Assembly (NCBI RefSeq): GCF_008000775.2 | Contig: NZ_CP042905.2 | Coordinates: 1,140,001 to 1,172,000 of the forward strand | DNA: 32,000 nt | From: Promethearchaeum syntrophicum | Lineage (GTDB): Archaea; Asgardarchaeota; Lokiarchaeia; Sigyniarchaeales; Promethearchaeaceae | Reading direction: 5' to 3' | In this document: positions 27,981 to 32,000 of the stretch, in pieces | Position numbering within the stretch: the stretch's first letter is position 1 | How the letters are laid out: each line of letters begins with the position of its first letter | Notes under the pieces: model-generated | What the model was told of the DNA's origin: nothing | The model's database searches: none | Seen by the model: the letters and a program-made list of their open reading frames with translations, nothing else | Position numbers and translations under genes: made by a program

Positions 27981-28619
27981 ATGATTACTCAATTTAGTTT
28001 TGTTTTAGGATTAGATAATATAGTATTAAATAATTATTGGAGAAAATATTTTGCTTATCTTAAAATTGGATGGGATGATGCTTCAATTCGACATTACTTA
28101 TCCAAAAAAGAATATATGATGCAAATTGCATCTTTTAATACAAGAACTGTAAGTTTTTCTGCAAGTTCTCGAAGAAATCGTTTTTATGAAATATATAATC
28201 GTCCAGATATGTTGGAACAAGATGTAGCTTGGGATGGTTCTATTGAAGCTATTAAAAAAATTAGCCAAAAATTTAAAATTTATATTATTTCTTCAAGATC
28301 CACAGAATTGAGAAAGAAAACTTTGGAAGTTATGAAAAAATTGGGATTTCCAATGGAAAATCTTACTTTATACTTTAAAAATCCAAATGAATCCCTTTCA
28401 ATATATCGAAAAAATAGTTTCAATGTTATTAAAGAAGAATATGTTGGTGGTGTAGGAGTATGTCTAAATATTAGTGATAGATATAACTATGAACGGATAG
28501 GGTATACTCCCATAGCATTCAGTTCTATTAATGATTATAAAAGTTTTGATGGTAAGATAGCGGTAATTTGCCAAAATTGGACAGACATATTACATTCTCT
28601 GTCAATGAATGGAAATTAA
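27981..28619 (+). CDS. HAD-like protein with degenerate catalytic motifs (tentative)
   Basis: AIKKISQKFKIYIISSRSTELRKKTLEVMKKLGFPMENLTLYFK resembles HAD motif II and the following helix; N-terminus lacks DxDxT. Starts 11 bp after the upstream gene. Confidence 0.5.
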   Translation: MITQFSFVLGLDNIVLNNYWRKYFAYLKIGWDDASIRHYLSKKEYMMQIASFNTRTVSFSASSRRNRFYEIYNRPDMLEQDVAWDGSIEAIKKISQKFKIYIISSRSTELRKKTLEVMKKLGFPMENLTLYFKNPNESLSIYRKNSFNVIKEEYVGGVGVCLNISDRYNYERIGYTPIAFSSINDYKSFDGKIAVICQNWTDILHSLSMNGN

Positions 28620-28648
28620 GATATTTAAGATTCGGAATGTGAAAAATT

Positions 28649-29563
28649 ATGAGTTTAGATAAAAAAGCAGATGAATTAGAATCAAAAATAAAAAAATTGA
28701 AAAAATCTAAGGATTATGAACAAATGATTCCAATTTTTATGGAACTTAAGGATATCTACAAGAAATTAAATTTCACTTTTCTAGCTAATAAAGCGGAAAC
28801 TGAAATGTACAAATATCAAAAACACATTGAACAATCAAAATTGAGTCAAAATTTTCTTGGAGATAAAAAATCTGAATTAAATCAAAGAAAAAAGCAAGAA
28901 ATAGTAAAAAAAATTCAGGAAACTACAGCAAAATTGCCAACTCCTCCATCAAATTTTCAAGATAATCAAACAAACAAGAATTTCAATCAAGATATCAAAA
29001 AAAGTCGGGCAGAAAAAATAAGAGATTTAAAACGAAAGAAAGAAATTGAACAGCAAAATGTTGATAAAGCTAATGCAATATTAGATAAAGCTCAATCTCA
29101 TATGAAAAAGAAAGATTTTGAGTTAGCTGCTAAATTTTATAATGAATCCTCTGATATTTTTAAAGAGATTGGTTGGAATCAACAAGCTTCTATGTTAAAA
29201 AAAGAAGCTTTACATATGCAGGAACTCCAGGAAGAATATCTAAAAAAAATGGAAATTATTAAATTAAAAAAACAAAAAGAACAGGAAATGTATGATACTC
29301 GTGCTTCTAAGATTATGGCTGAAAAAGAAGAAAAAATTCGATTAGAACAAGAAGCTTTAAATAAATTACCTCCCGAAATTCAACGTAAAATCGACTTAGC
29401 CAAAATTTTTCTTCAAAAAACTGAATTAATGGAATCAAAGGGAAAGATCGAAAAATCTCTCGTACGTTATAAATATCTTCTTGAATTATATGAAGATATT
29501 CCTGATACTAATGACCAAAAGGGAATGGTTTTGGAAAAGATAAAAGAATTGGAAAAAAAATAA
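28649..29563 (+). CDS. TPR-like / coiled-coil protein (304 aa)
   Basis: AILDKAQSHMKKKDFELAAKFYNESSDIFKEIGWNQQASMLKKEALHMQELQEEYLKKMEIIKLKKQKEQEMY; same helical-pair plus coiled-coil grammar as the giant protein at the left edge. Confidence 0.8.
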   Translation: MSLDKKADELESKIKKLKKSKDYEQMIPIFMELKDIYKKLNFTFLANKAETEMYKYQKHIEQSKLSQNFLGDKKSELNQRKKQEIVKKIQETTAKLPTPPSNFQDNQTNKNFNQDIKKSRAEKIRDLKRKKEIEQQNVDKANAILDKAQSHMKKKDFELAAKFYNESSDIFKEIGWNQQASMLKKEALHMQELQEEYLKKMEIIKLKKQKEQEMYDTRASKIMAEKEEKIRLEQEALNKLPPEIQRKIDLAKIFLQKTELMESKGKIEKSLVRYKYLLELYEDIPDTNDQKGMVLEKIKELEKK

Positions 29564-29576
29564 ATTTCTAATATAT

Positions 29577-31520
29577 CTATTTTTCAAGTTTGTCAGGATC
29601 AAAAAGTCCATTATTAGGGATTGTATATTGATTCATACATACAGGGCATGAATTATGATGTTGGATCCACTGAACTACACAAGTATAATGAGTTAAAGCT
29701 CCACAAAATTCACATTTTACAAAATTATCTTCAGCAACATTTACCGATCGCCTACAAATGGCACATGTACCTGATCTTAATCCATTTTCATTTAATTGAG
29801 ATTCTAATATTTTAACAAGATTTTCTTTTTCCTTCAAATATTTTTCCTTGAGATCTTCAATTTCTAAAATTTTATTATTAAATTTTTGAATTTTATTGCG
29901 TAAATCCTTTTCAGATAATCGTTCAGGTTTGAGAAAATCAGTAGAATCATATTTTTGTATATTATCTCCAAGGGAGTTTGCATTTAAAGTATCAAAAAAT
30001 TCTTGTTCTTTCTCCAGAACATTATTGAATTGGTGAAAAATTGAGATTATTAGACCCTTTAATGAAAATTTTGCACGATTTAAAATAACTGTATAATCAT
30101 CATCCCACTTATCTTTAATTGAAGTAATATTGACTCCTTTTTTCCTAAATCGATTGAAAGTATTATCTATATCATTTTTCATACTTGATATTTTCTCTTG
30201 AAAATCATCTATTATCCCCTTTAATTCATCTATCTTAGGTATACTCTCTGGAATATAAGGAGCAGTAATTTTTTGATAATCTTTTAGAAGTATTTCCATA
30301 TTAGTTATATTCTCCCGAGATAATCTCTCTAATTTTATCTTATCGCTATCGACTTGGATCGAGTTGGAATATTGTTCAAATTCTTCCAATTGCCTACTAA
30401 TTTCGCCTCTAAGTTGTTTTAGCATCTGGTACGATTTTTTAAGAACATCTGGCCAAGGATTCATTAAATTAGAAATATTTTTTAATCTTAGTTCTATTTG
30501 ATCGATAATTTCAAACAGTATTTTTCCATGTTCTTGGAGAATTTGATTAGCAGTATGAAAATCTCCATGATATTCGCTAGTAATTTCTTCTTGTTTTCGA
30601 TTTAGCAAATCTAACATAGTACGTGGAATTTCTTTAAGTGGATTGACATCATCATCTCCAGAATACCCGATTTCATATTCTTTTGCTGCTTGTGACATCA
30701 ATTGGTTTATAATATCATGGGAAAATAACTCAAGTTGTCTTTTTATTTGATTTTTCTTAACTTTTTCCATTTTTGAGTACAAATTTTCTGTTTTTAAAAC
30801 CTTAAGTTCAAAAAGTAGGAAAAAAAGTTCTAATCTAAATGGTTTATCTTTAATACTTGGTTGGTTTATTAAATCTGACATGGTAAAGATCTCAGAAAGA
30901 ACAAATTTTGATGATTTTAAGTTTCTAATTAAATAATCTACTTCTTTAAAATTCTTTAACCAAGGATATTTCTCAAAATTCAGGAAAAATTTAGATTCCT
31001 TAAGAAAAGCAAAAGAATACCAAATTTGAGGCTTATTCTCATAGGGGAGCTTGGGAGCTATGGAAAATTGCTTCGAATTTTTATCGTAATCACTGAGTTG
31101 AATCCATTTACTTAATAAAATTGTAAGATTTTTCTGACATCGATCATTCAATTGTTGAAGTTCTTTTATTGTTCTAGAAAAGATTGTATTTTCTTTATAA
31201 ATTAATCTTATCGAGCGTAATTTAGGAAGTAGCAAAGAAATCGAATTTTCTATAGTTGAAATCTCTGAGAATATAAGTTCAGGGATCGAGGTATAATCAT
31301 TAGAATTTAGATTTGTTAATAATAAATTAATACTCTGTAAATATTTAAAAATACGATTAGTAAAATTAGGTTTTATTTCACGTTCGATTTTTTTTAATTG
31401 TGATAGTGATGCTATCCTTTTATTTCCTTTATCATCAATTATTCTGGCTAAAATTTCATTTAATGTACTGAAAATTTTCCAATTATTGTTAATAATGTAA
31501 AATAACTGGTTATTGTTCAT
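29577..31520 (-). CDS. Large helical protein with C-terminal RING/PHD-like zinc finger
   Basis: C-terminus CAICRRSVNVAEDNFVKCEFCGALTHYTCVVQWIQHHNSCPVC = C-x2-C-x13-C-x2-C-x4-H-x2-C-x10-C-x2-C (C4HC3); the remaining ~590 aa is predominantly helical. Confidence 0.82.
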   Translation of the reverse strand: MNNNQLFYIINNNWKIFSTLNEILARIIDDKGNKRIASLSQLKKIEREIKPNFTNRIFKYLQSINLLLTNLNSNDYTSIPELIFSEISTIENSISLLLPKLRSIRLIYKENTIFSRTIKELQQLNDRCQKNLTILLSKWIQLSDYDKNSKQFSIAPKLPYENKPQIWYSFAFLKESKFFLNFEKYPWLKNFKEVDYLIRNLKSSKFVLSEIFTMSDLINQPSIKDKPFRLELFFLLFELKVLKTENLYSKMEKVKKNQIKRQLELFSHDIINQLMSQAAKEYEIGYSGDDDVNPLKEIPRTMLDLLNRKQEEITSEYHGDFHTANQILQEHGKILFEIIDQIELRLKNISNLMNPWPDVLKKSYQMLKQLRGEISRQLEEFEQYSNSIQVDSDKIKLERLSRENITNMEILLKDYQKITAPYIPESIPKIDELKGIIDDFQEKISSMKNDIDNTFNRFRKKGVNITSIKDKWDDDYTVILNRAKFSLKGLIISIFHQFNNVLEKEQEFFDTLNANSLGDNIQKYDSTDFLKPERLSEKDLRNKIQKFNNKILEIEDLKEKYLKEKENLVKILESQLNENGLRSGTCAICRRSVNVAEDNFVKCEFCGALTHYTCVVQWIQHHNSCPVCMNQYTIPNNGLFDPDKLEK

Positions 31521-31591
31521 TTATTTCTCAAATTTTTAAAATATTACATCATCAAAAACTTTTTGGATAATCAAAATGTTAATCTTTTGAA

Positions 31592-32000
31592 TGAATCAGA
31601 AAATTTGCAAAGAAAAAAGAGAAACAAAACTGTCTTCTCAATATATCGCGCAATATAAAAATTCTTCTCGAGGATTAATTTTTGCTTTAATTGTTTTAAT
31701 AGGGAATGGTTTACATCCGATTATTAATAATTTACGGCCAGAAGAATTTATTTCTACAATATTTGTACTGCAAATGTCATTATGGGAATTTTTCTGTGCT
31801 TTTATCGTTCTTTTACTCCAAAAAAGAAACAAGAAAGAAAAATCAAAAAGTCCAATTTCTAAAAATTCAAGTCAAATATGCTTTTCAAAAAAAAATATAA
31901 TATTTAGAATGCTGATTGTTGGTTTACTTTTTTCGATCGCTACTTATGGGTACGTTGAAGGATTAAAAGAAGCTGGTTCAATTTCTGGATCTATAGCATT
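31592..32000 (+). CDS. Membrane protein, EamA/DMT-transporter-like (partial, runs off right edge)
   Basis: Frame from ATG 31592 stays open to the window end: MNQKICKEKRETKLSSQYIAQYKNSSRGLIFALIVLIGNGLHPIINNLRPEEFISTIFVLQMSLWEFFCAFIVLLLQKRNKK...RMLIVGLLFSIATYGYVEGLKEAGSISGSIA. Not in the track because it has no stop inside the window. Confidence 0.7.

Noticed and set aside
31638-31900. ORFs 31638..31832 (minus) and 31706..31900 (plus)
   Set aside because: Overlap the partial membrane-protein frame starting at 31592, which gives a coherent EamA-like hydrophobic pattern up to the window edge.
1-32000. Defence island, prophage or toxin-antitoxin system
   Set aside because: No recognisable nuclease, restriction, phage structural, integrase/transposase or TA family was seen in the translated ORFs.

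Overview
AT-rich archaeal chromosome segment. The lineage is inferred: a group II chaperonin (thermosome) and AlaX are present, together with abundant coiled-coil/TPR-like proteins and a PHD/RING-like zinc finger, which is suggestive of Asgard-type archaea but not provable from the window. Main contents: (1) a very long minus-strand ORF (about 4362..1, running off the left edge, absent from the supplied ORF track) that encodes a giant charged coiled-coil protein built from near-identical 390-bp / 130-aa modules; (2) a UPF0182-like membrane protein with a zinc-ribbon-like N-terminus; (3) a second repetitive coiled-coil protein; (4) a compact minus-strand phosphonate biosynthesis operon containing a cytidylyltransferase-PEP mutase fusion (Fom1-like), phosphonopyruvate decarboxylase, Fe-dependent alcohol/phosphonoacetaldehyde reductase, LicC/PntC-like nucleotidyltransferase and a SAM methyltransferase, with a CDP-alcohol phosphatidyltransferase elsewhere in the window. 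This is consistent with a nucleotide-activated hydroxyethylphosphonate headgroup pathway; (5) an LRR protein with strict 23-aa repeats, thermosome subunit, TauE-like permease, AlaX, FGGY kinase, and a DsrE-like/degenerate HAD-like/coiled-coil gene set convergent with a large protein ending in a C4HC3 zinc finger. No tRNA, rRNA, CRISPR array or transposase was recognised.
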